Position numbers and translations under genes: made by a program. From Octopus vulgaris (Eukaryota), in contig OX597834.1 of assembly GCA_951406725.2 (NCBI GenBank), positions 17,422,001-17,486,000 of the forward strand: a stretch of DNA of 64,000 nucleotides, in the 5' to 3' direction. The notes under the pieces were generated by a model. It did not search any database. It was not told the DNA's origin and saw nothing but the letters and a program-made list of their open reading frames with translations. Shown piece by piece: positions 38,663-51,254 of the stretch (positions are counted from its first letter, which is position 1; each line of letters starts with the position of its first letter).

Positions 38663-39065
38663 ATAGCCTTGCATGACCCCTAAATATCCTTCTTCTTTAT
38701 TGCCCCACTCTATCCTTGTTTCTTGAAGGTTCACTCAGACACCCCATCACATCTAGTTTTGTCTCTTCCCAGTTCTAGCGGATCACTCTCGTCTTCTCTT
38801 TTTCTAAAATGTGAGTGGTTCTGTTGCTCCTGTGCAGTAAGATACCTATTCTACTCTGGTTTTTCCTTGCATACTCCTCGAAACCCTAGGATTCTGCATA
38901 AGCTTTTTAGGGGTTCTGCAGAAACAAGTCCGTCCAAGGGGAAATAATACTTTACTTGTAAACAGGTGAAGGTTGGTGACAGGAAAGGCATTTGGACGTA
39001 GAAAATGTCTCAGTTAACTTCATCTGACCCACCGACCCATGCAGGCAGGGAAAAGTGGACATTAA

Positions 39066-39284
39066 CCCTTTTGTTACCTTGTTTCTGTTTAGTTGCACAG
39101 CTTTTGGTTCAGTTCATTTTGAAAGCAACGACGAATTTAGTAAAAATAACTTTCAGTTTTAAGCAGGTGTTTGGAACATATACCAACGTGAAAGTTTGAG
39201 GGAACGTTTTAATTTAGTTCCCTTTAAGACAGGAAGTTCATATTGTGGAAACAGGGGCTTGCAGGCAGGTTGGTATGGAAAGGG
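39066..39284. mobile_element. piggyBac-like MITE family 1 inserted in an RTE tail
   Basis: TTAA|ccctt...aaggg|TTAA; removing it restores the family D end ggacattaaaacgatgatg; second copy at 49321-49547. Confidence 0.85.
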
Positions 39285-40266
39285 TTAAAACGATGATGAT
39301 TATATATATGTATAGAGTGAAACAAAGAGAGAGAGAGAGAGAGAGAGAGTATTTCTTTATTCACCATAAGGTTGAGAAAAAGAGGGGACAATACGGGGAC
39401 AGACAAAACAAACGTTGGGGTCAGAGTATCGAATGAGACGAAACGTATGAATAAACAAACAATTAAAATATATAAAATTAAATGAGAATGAGTGATTAAC
39501 AAAAAATGAAGCGGAGGACAAGAGTTCTCAGTGATGGCTCTATGGCCCTAAAGGGTTAGGGCAGTGGTTTTTCATGGCAGGGTGGTGTTGGAGCTGTGAG
39601 GATTGGATAGTGGGTTGGACAGTTCGCTACGTTGAGGAAAATAAGATGCCTTTAAAAACGTTACGTTTGTTTTGCTTGTCTTCATGGCAAACGAAAAGAG
39701 AAATTATGTGGATTTAAAATTCTATTTTGTCTTCTCATTCAAAAAAAAAAAAATGTGTGGAAAGGTGGGTGCGGTGGCGGTGGTAGGACAAGAAATTCAA
39801 ATCAAATTTTTATTATTATTATTATTTTTTAGTGAGTGCGTTTGCGTTTGTTGGTGGTGGTGAGATGTTGAGGTGTTTTGTATATGTCAGTGAAGGAACC
39901 ATTTAGGTTCAGTGTGTTTAGGTGACTAATCACATCCACCGTGCAGTAGAAAATGGACTCCTGTCGTGTCAGGTCTTGTGATCCAATTTCAGAGTTTACA
40001 CTGCTTTGTGATACGATGACTTTAGGAGTCTAAATTTAGAATGATTTCAATTTCCTCTTTACTGGATTGCCAGCCAACTGAACGAAGGGAAAGTGCATAT
40101 GTGACACAGCATCACATTTCCCTATCTCTCTTTCTCCCTCGCTGGTTGTCTGTTTGTCACTCCTCCCCTTTCTCTCTCTTATAGAAGAAATAAGGTCATG
40201 TAACTTAACAGGGAGTGAGAAATCAATATGTTTCTTATTCACGTCATTTTATTTATTCTTAGATAT

Positions 40267-40632
40267 AGGCGTGGCTGTGTGGTAAGAAGCTTGCTTCCCA
40301 ATCACATGGTCCTGTGTTCAGTCCCACTGTTTGGCACTTTGGGCAAGTGTCTTCTACTCTAGCCTCGGGATGTCCAAAGTCTTGTGAGTGGATTTGGTAG
40401 ATGGAAACTAAATGAAGCCTGTCATATATATGTATATGTGTGTATATATATATTTGTCTTTGTGTGTGTGTTTGTCCCCTCACTATCGCTTGACAACCGA
40501 TGCTGGTGTGTTTACATCCCTGTTTCTTTGCATAGAATAAGCCCGGGGTCGATTTCTTCAACTTAAAAGCCCTTTAAGGCAGTGCTCTAGAATGGCCGCA
40601 ATCAACTGATTGAAACAAGTAAAAGAATAAAA
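40267..40632 (+). mobile_element. SINE family A
   Basis: Match to consensus. Confidence 0.88.
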
Positions 40633-40844
40633 GCATAGTTTTGTGGAGAATGTTGTGGGCTGAGGCCTGTTTGTGTGGGCAACAAATTCACTTCAAATCT
40701 CTCATGCCCTTAGCTACACTCATTTGTTGAACCAGAACATTTGTCTTTTGTATGTTGTCCTTTGTAAACATTAAACTAGGTGTGTGTGTTATGTGAATGA
40801 GTAAGTGAAAAAAGCTGTTTTATTAAGGCTTGAGTACACTTTAC

Positions 40845-41065
40845 TCTTTAACGTTAAAATTATTCTGTTAAATATAATGCTTATTTATACTCATTTTTAA
40901 AAAATCAGTCATGCGTTGTCTCAAAGCTTTGAGATTTCAATGATGTGACTGCTTATTTTTAGAATGACATTGAAGGGTAGGTGTAAGAAGCGAGATCTGG
41001 TTGGTTTGAACATGAAACAGGATTAATGTTAGGGTTGAATATGATTGGTTTAAAATGCTAAAGAG
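40845..41065. mobile_element. piggyBac-like MITE family 2
   Basis: ctcttta...taaagag|ttaa; homologs at 11425 and 60301. Confidence 0.65.
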
Positions 41066-42000
41066 TTAAATGATGTGCTTGAGGGGTGGTGGTTATTTTT
41101 AGAAATTACAAAAAAAAAAAGCAAGTTACATAGGTGCAAGTTTGCATGGCTTTGTGGTTAAGAAGTTCACTTTGCAACCATGTGGTTACAGGTTCACTCA
41201 CTGGTAATGTTTCTTTTGAATAGTTGCTAGTCAGTAACTACAAGGTTACTAAGGGCAGGTAGAAAATTCCAGAGGGATGATGTTCTAGGTGTGGCTGAAG
41301 GATTGGTGACAGACACAATGTGGGTGACAAACAGAGGAGCAATGAATGACTGAGGGATACTTGAGTGATGGCTGTTGTTGTTGTTGTTTAACTGTAGGTC
41401 AGTTATGGTTTAGAAACCCCCGTTCCATCCATGGCCATTCCCTTATAGTTTTCAAGCATTGTATTCACTAGATGGCATGATTCAGTGTTTTTCAATGTGT
41501 CCAGATGTGGTTGTGTGGTTAAGAAGTTTGCAAATATTCTGCTCAATACCACGAATTTGCTCTGCCTTAACCACTTGAGCATGTCCCTTAGTGGTTGACA
41601 GTATGTGCATCTCTGCCGGGAGTCCAGTTGAAATCTAATAGGTTTAATTTCTTAGAAATTAACCCATCTACAAATGACACCAGCTAACAAACGCTTACCC
41701 TGGGTTTGGTTTTTAATCGCCGCTGTGGTTATCCCAAGTGTTGGATGAATATCCTGTCGTGGAGACATCGAGGCAACCCTGTATTTGTTTAATAGACGAT
41801 TGCTTGAAACTCTGAACAAATAACACTGTTGTAGTATAATACGGAATGGTGTGTGTGACTTTTACCTGAGAATGTACCTTAAGAATGTAAAAATATAAAA
41901 CAAAGTTATGTAATCCTATAGGCCAATTTACAACCAATCAGTCGGAACCGATTGTGGTCGTAAGTAGACGATGACCTGTATATACATATATATATATATA

Positions 42001-42806
42001 CTTTTATCTTTTACCTGTTTCAGTCATTAGACTGTGGTCATGCTGGGGCACCGCCTTGAAGAATTTTTAGTCAAATGTATTGACCACAGTACTATTTTTG
42101 GATCTTTTCGGTTTGAACGGCAGTTTTTTCTAGCGGTGTCATATGAAATTGTCACCCATAATTATGAACCTAGTATCGATCTATTGCATTTCAATCTGTT
42201 TTAGGGTTAGGGTTAGGGTTAGGGGTGGGGGGAAGGGTATCTTTTTTTTCTTCACAAATGTAAATAAACAGAATCTGTTTCTTAAACGAGGGACATATTC
42301 ATACGGCACAGAATGTTTTTTTTTTACCTCAGTAGAAGTCAGTGATTGGTTGAAATTGCAGAAATTGAAGAAAAAAAACAACAAATATCTTACAAACTAT
42401 AGAATTTTCTCAATAAAGCCAAGAGAAAAAAATGTTTTATAAACACATTCTACCAGTATACGAAGTTTAAAATTTTTTAGTTACCTAGAAATTATGTTAA
42501 AAACTGCCGTTCAAACCGAAAAGATCCCTATTTTTGGGGGATAAAGCTTGGTACTTATTCTATTGAACTTATTTGTCGAACTGCTATGTTTCGTGGACGT
42601 AAACAAGCACCTGTTGTCAAGCAGTGGTGGTGGGGACAAACAGGCACATACACACTCGTACACAAACTCATACACACACAGACATCACACATATATACGA
42701 CGGGCTTCTTTCGGTTCCCGTCTACCAAATCCACTCACAAGAAAACCGTTGTCCAAGGTGTCACGCTGTGAAACTGAACGTGGAACCATGTGGTTGGGAA
42801 GCTACT
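42001..42806 (-). mobile_element. SINE family A split by a DNA transposon
   Basis: Consensus resumes after 42535. Confidence 0.85.
42100..42527. mobile_element. Non-autonomous DNA transposon with 8-bp TSD (Merlin-like termini) carrying (TTAGGG)4
   Basis: Perfect 28-bp TIR ggatcttttcggtttgaacggcagtttt / aaaactgccgttcaaaccgaaaagatcc; TSD CTATTTTT at 42092-42099 and 42528-42535; superfamily inferred from GG..CC ends plus 8-bp TSD. Confidence 0.9.
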
Positions 42807-42825
42807 TTCATATATATATATATAT

Positions 42826-43050
42826 GCGGCGAGCTGGCAGAAACGTTAGCACGCCGGGCGAAATGCGTAGCCGTATTTCGTCTGCCGTTACGTTCTGAGT
42901 TCAAATTCCGCCGAGGTCGACTTTGCCTTTCATCCTTTCGGGGTCGATAAATTAAGTACCAGTTACGCATTGGAGTCGATGTAATCGATTTAATCCGTTT
43001 GTCTGTCCTTGTTTGTCCCCTCTGTGTTTAGCCCCTTGTGGGTAGTAAAG

Positions 43051-43055
<5 letters not shown>
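42826..43055 (+). mobile_element. Young full-length SINE B inserted in (TA)n
   Basis: Near-identical to the reverse complement of 2223-2452. Confidence 0.93.
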
Positions 43056-43107
<52 letters not shown>

Positions 43108-44277
43108 CGAGAGCCTAAAATATACTGGAGAAAACACACAAGCACACATACGTGTGTGTGTGTGAGATATACTTTAAGAATGATTCGTTGGTGTATTTCT
43201 TTGTATTCCCTTTCTTTCTCATTTACTTGACTAAGAGTCTGCTGCTGCTGCTGGTAAGATCACCCTTTCCCCCCTCCTCACTTCGAGCAACACCATCCCC
43301 ATTTTCGTCTTAAGCCTCAATTCTAACCCACAACCATCCACAGAACTACATCTACGTGTCAAATATCTATGCATCGGTAGAGTAATAAAGTAAAAAATAT
43401 AAAATAAAAATAAAATAAAATAAAATAAAAAATGAAATAAACTTTCTGTGAGTAAAGAAAAGACGAAATAAAATAAATATATACAGCCAAGACGAACAAA
43501 AAATGTACAAAAACACACAAAAAAAACCATGTTACTCTTGCCTTCATCAGCAAAGATTAACATCGTTCCCCGTCGTCCTTTCTTCATCGACTCCACCTTC
43601 TTACAGCTCAACAACAATACACCCGTTTGCAACACCCAGCATTGTAGATCTCACCATTATCGTTTGTCATCATCATCATCGTCATCATCGTCAGCACTGA
43701 CATCTCATACACCTAACCTCTCCACCTCTTCCTCTACCGTTTGCGTTAGCTTACACTATATGAACTTGAAACAGTTCGGTGGGTGGATAGATAGATGGAC
43801 GGGTGTGTGTATGTGTATGTGAGAGAGAGAGAGGTACGTTCGAACCCCTCTTCCTCCCTCCCGCCGCCCACCATAATAGACCACCGCCTCCGCCCACCAC
43901 TTTTCCATTTCCTCAGTCGTAGGGAGGAAGAAGGGTTCCGTTATGTCTGCCCTAACTCTTTATTACTTCTCATCTTGCTTGCTGTTTTTTCTTCCTTTAT
44001 TCCTCTCATGTACTTCTCTTTCTTTCAAAACTTATTCCTTTCCTGTTTCCCCCCCTCCCATTTTAATGGCAATTTTTCTAATGGGGGGTAAAATAACCAA
44101 AAAGTACTGCTGTTTCTTGCAATACACACCAATAGATACATCTAAAGCAAAAATTTTTCAAGGGCTCTTAAAATGCTATTGCGGATCCCCAATTTGCAAT
44201 TTTGTTGCATGGACACCCCTAACCCTAACCCTTAGGGGCCATATGAACTCTGGTTGAGAAACACTGGGTTAAATGAT

Positions 44278-44660
44278 ACTCTTTTACTGGTTTCGGTCAT
44301 TTGACTGCGTCTATGCTGGAGCACTGCCTTTAGTCAAGCAAATCAACTCCAGGTCTTATTCTTTGTAAGCCTAGTACTCATTCTATCAGCCTCTTTTGCC
44401 GAACCACTAAGTTGCTGGGACGTAAACACACCAGCATCGGTTGTCAAGCGATGCTGGGGGGGGGGGGGCAAACACACACATACACATGCATATATATGAT
44501 GGGCTTCTTTAAGTTTCCGTCTACCAAATCCACTCACAAGGCTTTGGTTGGCCTGAGGCTATAGTAGAAGACACTTGCCCAATGTGCCATGCAGTGGGAC
44601 TGAACCTGGAGCCATGTGGTTGGTAAGCAAGCTACTTACCACACAGCCACTCCTGTGCCT
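44278..44660 (-). mobile_element. Full-length SINE family A
   Basis: Match to consensus, head aggcacaggagtggctgtgtggtaag. Confidence 0.92.
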
Positions 44661-44952
44661 ATGATGATGATGATGAATTTTTTTTTTTTGTTTTCATGTT
44701 ATGTCATTTAGTACATTCCTCCTGCTCTAGTACAGCTCTAGTATAGTGTGTTTCTCTGTCATTCAAATAATGTTTATGTAATTGTCACCCCCCCCCAATA
44801 TTACCTTAACCCACCTGCCATGTGTTTATCACCTTGTCAACACCATCCACCTGTCTGCCACTTTTGTTTGTTATCACCCGGCAGCCAAGCCAAGCCAAGC
44901 CTACCACTGGTAACATCTGTATCATTGGATATTGCTGCTGCTGCTGCTGCTG

Positions 44953-44985
<33 letters not shown>

Positions 44986-45845
44986 TTAATTCACTAGCAT
45001 CACTATTGCTACTATGACCCACTGACACAGTGCTGCCTGTACCATCACCAACTTGACACTGACATCCATACTACTACTACTACTACTACGACTACTACTA
45101 CCACTGCTGCTGCTATCACCATCACCATCACATCTACATTATCAAACACACTACTGCAAACACCACCACCACCACCACCGCCGGCATCCCCCACCCCGCT
45201 CCATCGTCATCCCCACCTCCATTACCACTACCACAGTGTCACATTCACTTGGACCAACCACTGACTGGTACTAATGAAGCAATATGAGAAGCCAGTGTTT
45301 TCCTTTAACTCTTGATAACCCAATCCCCACCCACACCGATCTCCCTCCCCCCCCGTTCCTTTATAAATAAGATCAACCCAACCTTTGGCACATAAGAATT
45401 GCTGTTGGTTATAAATACACGTCAGCTACAATCAAACAGTTCTGTAATTAAAGCATTCCAGCCATGACCTTCCCAACTTATTTTTCAAACGATGCATTAA
45501 GGGCCATAGTAATCTAGTGTGTCCTTCCTTTGCTTAAAGGTGGTAATGTGGGAAAAAGCATTTGGCTGCTATTTCTAGCAAATTGCATAACTGCATAGAG
45601 GTTTTCTCTGAGTGGTTGACACTCAAAAGGATAGTTCAAATCTTGATGCAGTTATTTTGATGTTCCCAAGATAAATTTCTCCTCTAGATGGGATACCAGT
45701 CTTTTAGAGATAATGTTTTCATGAGAATTGACACTTACTTCAAATGTCTACAGATCTGACATGCAGAGAATTGAGTGTTCTTCCCAAAGATACAACAAAA
45801 TACTTCCTGTTGATTTGAACTCAAAACCCATGAATTAGTAGCTCA

Positions 45846-46436
45846 ATCATCATCATCATTGTTTAACGTCTGTTTTCCATGGGTTGGACGGTTTGACAGG
45901 TCTAGAAAGCCAGCGTTTGCACCTGGCTCCAATTTGATCTGGCAATGTTCCTACAGCTGGACACCCTTCCTAATGCCAACCACTCTGAGAGTGTAGTGGG
46001 TGCTTTTTATGTGCCAGCAGCACAAGAGCCAGTCAGGGGGCACTGGCATCGACCACGTTCAGATGGTGCTTTTTATGTGCCACCCGCTTGCTTCCCAACC
46101 ACATGGTTCCAGTTTCAGTCTGACTGCATGGCATTTTGGGCAATTGTGTTCTACTATAGGCTTGGGCTGACCAAAGCCTTGTGAGTGGATTTGGTAAACG
46201 GAAACTGAAAGAAGCCTGTCATATGTTTGTGTGTCTGTGTTTGTCCTCTGCAACATCGCTTGACAACTGATACTGGTGTGTTTACATCCCCCGCAACTTA
46301 GCAGTTTGGGAAAAGAGACCGATAGAATAAGTACTAGGCTTACAAAGAATAAGTCCTGGGGTCGATTTGCTCAACTAAAGGCAGTGCTCCAGCATGGCCA
46401 CATTCAAATGACTGTAAGAGGTAAAAGAATAAAAGA
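45846..46436. mobile_element. RTE 3' end (-, 45846-46084) joined to SINE A (+, 46086-46436)
   Basis: Matches to families D and A. Confidence 0.85.
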
Positions 46437-46484
46437 ATTACTGATATACAAACACTGTCACTCAATATATAGAACACGGACTGA

Positions 46485-46968
46485 CTCCTGTGCAGGTGGC
46501 AAGTAAAGAAACACCGTTTTGACCCTGTGCTTGAGGAGATCCATTGAGTCAAGTATACCAACATAAAAAATCAATGGAAACTGCAGTTGTGAGCCCTGTG
46601 CCGGTGGCACGTAAAAAGCACCATCCGACCGTGGCCGATGCCAGCGCCGCCTAGACTGGCTTCCATGCCGGTGGCACGTAAAAAGCACCAATCGTGGCCG
46701 TTGCCAGCCTCGCCTGGCACCTGTGCCAGTGGCACGTAAAAAGCACCAATCGTGGCCGTTGCCAGCCTCGCCTGGCACCTGTGCCAGTGACACGTAAAAA
46801 GCACCCACTATACTCACGGAGTGGTTGGCGTTAGGAAGGGCATCCAGCTGTAGCAACACTGCCAGATCAGACTGGAGCCTGGTGCAGCCTTCTGGCTTCC
46901 CAGATCCCCGGTCGAACTGTCCAACCCATGCTAGCATGGAGAACGGACGTTAAACGATGATGATGATG
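46485..46968 (+). mobile_element. RTE 3' UTR (family D) with four tandem ~58-67 bp structured repeats
   Basis: tgcc.gtg.cacgtaaaaagcacc four times from 46594; (GAT)n tail. Confidence 0.9.
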
Positions 46969-47289
46969 AAGCCTATGCATCTCCCATTCATCATAGGCTG
47001 ACCCAGGTCACCTATGTAATGAAATCAAGTTACTTAAAATGCAAGTTGACCCTTTTACTCTTTACCATAAGGCACTGTGTTTGTGTCAAGTATACAGTTT
47101 TGTCCTTCAGTAGGTGGAGATGTGGTGTTGTCTAGAACAGCAGACTTGTGGATTGTACTTGTATATCATAGGAGGGTTGCTTATAGCAGTAATTTTGCTC
47201 CAACACTGGAAATATGCACTCTTGTCCCTCACCCTGATGGTTACATGTACCAGAGAGACGAGGAATGTAAAATGCACTTTCAATTGCTC

Positions 47290-47720
47290 AGTCTCTCTCT
47301 CTCTCTCTCTCTCTCTCCCTCTTCTCTCTTTCTCTCTCATTTTCTCCATTTTCTTTCATCTCTCTTTTTCTCTGTCTCCTCTCTGTCTGTCTATCTTTTC
47401 TCCACTGTCACCTCTTTCTTTTTCTCTCTGTCTCTCCTCCTCTCTGTGTGTCTTTCTCTGTCTCTCTCTCTTTTCTCCCTCGCTCTCTTTTCTTTCTTGT
47501 CTCTCCTCCTCTCTCTCTCTCTCTCACTATCTCTTTTCACTCACATGTTACCTTTCATTATCTCTCTTTTCTCTCATCACTCTTTCTCTCTCTTGCTCTC
47601 TCACCCTCTTTCCTCTCTCTCTCTCTCTCTCATCTCCTCTCACTTCACACACACACACACATATGCACACACACACATTGCCTCATCGTCTCTCTTTCCC
47701 TCCCTCTCTCTCTCACATAC
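47290..47720. repeat. Long CT-rich polypyrimidine tract
   Basis: Directly visible; source of the 274-aa LS-rich ORF. Confidence 0.93.
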
Positions 47721-47897
47721 ATATGTTGCCTTTCGCCGTCTCCTCTCGACCACTTCTGTTGTCATTCTTCGTTTTTGCTCTTTAAATCTTGACGGTCTTC
47801 ATATTGAAACCAGCTTAATTGACAAATTGTTTTGCTCACTTTACAAGGATTCAATTGAAACCACTGCCAGGCTACTTTTATTGCTACTCTATTTGTT

Positions 47898-47922
47898 ATG
47901 AATGGTTTTCGTGTGGGCAGAG
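47898..47922 (+). CDS. Candidate short first exon MNGFRVGR(G..), phase-1 donor
   Basis: ATG...GGCAGAG|gtcagg (weaker donor) after UTR-like unique sequence and a CT tract. Confidence 0.15.
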
Positions 47923-48487
47923 GTCAGGTCATATCATCCATTCATTCATTTATACATTCATTAACTTCACATGATTTATTTATTTATTTATTTGTTTATT
48001 TTATTTTATTTTATTTTTATCGCACGATTCGTGAACAGTGGTGTTAGTTCTGGTTGCGTAAGCTTCCCACGGGTTAATCATTGGTTCATTGCGTTTCTGA
48101 AGCGAGAGACCAGAGATCGAGATTGACAATAGCAGTGTCTGCACAACTCTGGCGAAACAAATACCACAAAGTGTTTTTGTTTGATGCACTGGTTTTTAAG
48201 AAATGTTCTCTACGAAACACATGCACAGAGAGAAATGATCACACACACACACACACACTACAAGGTATTTTCGTTTGATGCCCTGGCTTATAAGAAATGT
48301 TTCTCAACAACACACTTGTACACATAAACATACACATACAAATACACACACAAAGATGCACACACATATTCACATGTGTACGGAGGCATTGTTTCTTCTG
48401 TTTTTAGTTATTTGGAATATTCCTGTAAGGAAGGAGCTGGTTTCTAACGAAGACATGAAGCTCCATTGTTGGAATGTAGATAATTAG

Positions 48488-48950
48488 CATCATCATCATC
48501 ATCATTGTTTAATGTCTGCTTTCCATGCTAGCATGGCTTGGACGATTTTGACTGAGGGCTGGCGAACCAGACGGCCGCAACAGACTCCAATCTTGATCTG
48601 GCAGAGTTTCTACACCTGGATGCCCTTCCTAATGCCAACCACTCCGAGAATGTAGTGGGTGCTTTTTACATGCCACCGGCACGGGGCCAGTCAGGCGGTA
48701 CTGGCAATGACCTCGCTCGAATCTTTTTACACATGCCACCGGCACAGGTGCTAGTAAGACGACGTTGGTAACGATCACGCTCGAATAGTGCCCTTTTACG
48801 TGCCACCGGTACGGAGCCAGTTGGCTGCTCTGGCAACGATCACGCTCGGATGGTGCTCTTGGCACCCTACTAGCACGGGCACAAGTGCTAGTAAGGCGAC
48901 GCTGGTAAAGATCACACTCGAATGGTACCCTTTTATGTGCCACTGGCATG
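48488..48950 (-). mobile_element. RTE 3' UTR (family D), subfamily with five diverged tandem units
   Basis: Match to family D; (CAT)n at the left end. Confidence 0.88.
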
Positions 48951-49320
48951 GGAAAAAACAAAAAAAAGGAAAAGAAAAATTTACATTACAAATTTGAGAA
49001 AAGTTTTTGCATATTTTTGCTGATCCACTTAAAAATTGTATTTGCCATGTGTGAGTTATCAGGTTGATTTACTAACAAATCCAAGAGCACCATGTTGCTG
49101 GTGTAAATGTAAACGAGTATGAGGGACCATATTTATGTGTGTCTGTCTGTCTGTCTCTCCATCTGTTCTGAGTATGACATTAAACTGCGTCCAGTGGGGA
49201 ATCTCCTGCTTGGGAGTTCTGGTGTTGTAGGGAGCCTGGTGTCACCTCTCATTATCATGACTTTCAGGCCTTTTCTGACCCAGGACTGTATTACCTGTCA
49301 GAGTCCCATTTATGGATTAA

Positions 49321-49547
49321 CCCTTTTGTTACCATATTTATTTTGAGATGCTCTGTGTTCCCTTTCCTTTCAATTAATTTTGAATATAACAAAGAGTTTA
49401 GTAAAATAACTTAGTTATCACTAAGCTGGTGTTAGGAACATAAATTGTGACTATGGTTTGGTGGAAGATTTTTATTCAAAACGTATGAAAACAAGACATT
49501 TGTACTCAGAGCCAGAGCAGGTATCGGCCAGGTTGGTATTGAAAGGG
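49321..49547. mobile_element. piggyBac-like MITE family 1
   Basis: TTAA|cccttttgttacc...ggttggtattgaaaggg; colinear with 39066-39284. Confidence 0.75.
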
Positions 49548-51254
49548 TTTGATAGATTCCTCAAAGGTAGAAGGGGCTTCTGTTATTTTGGACAAAGCCA
49601 TAAGGAGAAGGGAGCTCTTTGAGGAGAAAAATACTCTGACATAAAACCTACAGTCAAAATTGTATCAGTCATCTTGCAAAGTTTGTCAATGGAACCTACT
49701 GTTGTGATTGAAAGAGTGACAAAAGTGTTGTACAAGCTTTTGTCACTTAAATCCAATGATGTACAGATGATGTCTTATTATCTTTTTATTTCATGATCCA
49801 TTTTGTACTCTATGAAGTCCTATAGTGATGGATGTGTGGTGTGAAAAGTCACATCCCACGCACATGTTAGGATGAAAGTAAATCGGAATAATCAGGTTGA
49901 ATATGAGATGGCTACCACCTGACTAGATGAGGCAATCATATGTCTGTGTGTGGGTGTGTCTTTTCTTTGAGTTTCATTTAAATTCTTAAGAGAGTTCAAA
50001 CTGGTTGCTAACAGAATCTCAAGATGGAAGATAGAGAAGCTTTGGAACGTCTTACAAATCTTCTTGTGCCACCAGTAAATTGAATTTGGAGAATCTGCAT
50101 CAGTTTTTTTTTTGCTCTTTCTTTGAAAAACTTGGTATTTTTAGTTTTTTTTTTCCATGTAAATTTGTTGGTACATAACCTTATGCACTATGATTATAGG
50201 TACAAATGAGAATTTGCATGTGTATGTGTGTGTGACTGGCTTCCACACAGTTTTCATTTATCAAATTTTACTTACAGAGAGGCTATGGTAGAAAACTCTC
50301 ACCCTAGGTGTTCTGCTGTGAAAGTGAAACAAGTAAAAGCTAAAAGTTAAAAAAAAGATAAACTGTCTGAAAAGACAGGATGGTCGTTGACCAGTGTTGA
50401 CCAGAGACTAAACTACAACCTACTTAGAAATACTTAAGTATCAACCCATGAAAGTTAAGTGCCTAGGTTATGGGCACAATAGAATGCCAGTTACAGGATA
50501 TGAACCACTGACATTCGCTGCTGGTTCAGTAACCTATTACTTTGGTCATTTTCAGGCTCTTTGAAATACTGACCACTACATTTGTGCCTGGCTAAAGTGG
50601 TCAGTATTTAGCAAAGACAAAAAGAAAAAAAAATACCGAAGAATCTCAGATGGTTAAGTTGGTATAAATCTAAGAATGTTAGAATCAAAACTTGCATATA
50701 CTCAGGTTCCAGGTTCAATCCCACTATGAAGCTGTGTTTCAAATAGACCAATGTTATCTGAATGAAACTGTGCACGATTAATCCAAAACAGTGCGAATAA
50801 ATCAGCATTGCATTTGACAATAATCTGAATGGTGAAGGGTCAAACTGAACAAAGACATACTTTATCGTTATTATTCATTTATTGAATAAAGTGGGGTCAG
50901 CTGCCAGAATTGTTGGCATGCTGGGCAAGATGTTTAGCAGCATTTTGTCCTTTGTCAATTTCTACATTCTGAGTTCAAATTCTGCTGAGGTTGACTTTGC
51001 CTTTCATCCTTTCAGGACTGAGCACTGGGGTCGATGTAATCAACTTGACACTTCCCCCTCGAAATTTCAGGCTTTGTATTTATAATAGAAAGGATTATTA
51101 TTCGTTTATCGGATGAGGCGGGGAGCTGGCAGAATCATAAGTATGCAGGGTAAGATGCTTAGCATCATTTTGTCCTTTGTCCATCTCTGTGTTCTGAGTT
51201 CAAATTCTGCTGAGGTTGATTTACCCCATAAAAACAGCTTTCCAAAGGCCATAT

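Noticed and set aside
44217-44237. (CCCTAA)2 and the degenerate aaccct region at 20870-20930 as telomere or fusion sites
   Set aside because: Too short and degenerate; probably part of transposon relics
46594-46810. Repeat-spacer-like array (28-bp partly palindromic repeat, 30-40 bp spacers) suggesting CRISPR
   Set aside because: The spacers are homologous or identical to each other, the array lies in an RTE 3' UTR, the context is eukaryotic and there are no cas genes
47077-47901. Longest ORF (274 aa, LS-rich, membrane-protein-like)
   Set aside because: Artefact of the CT tract
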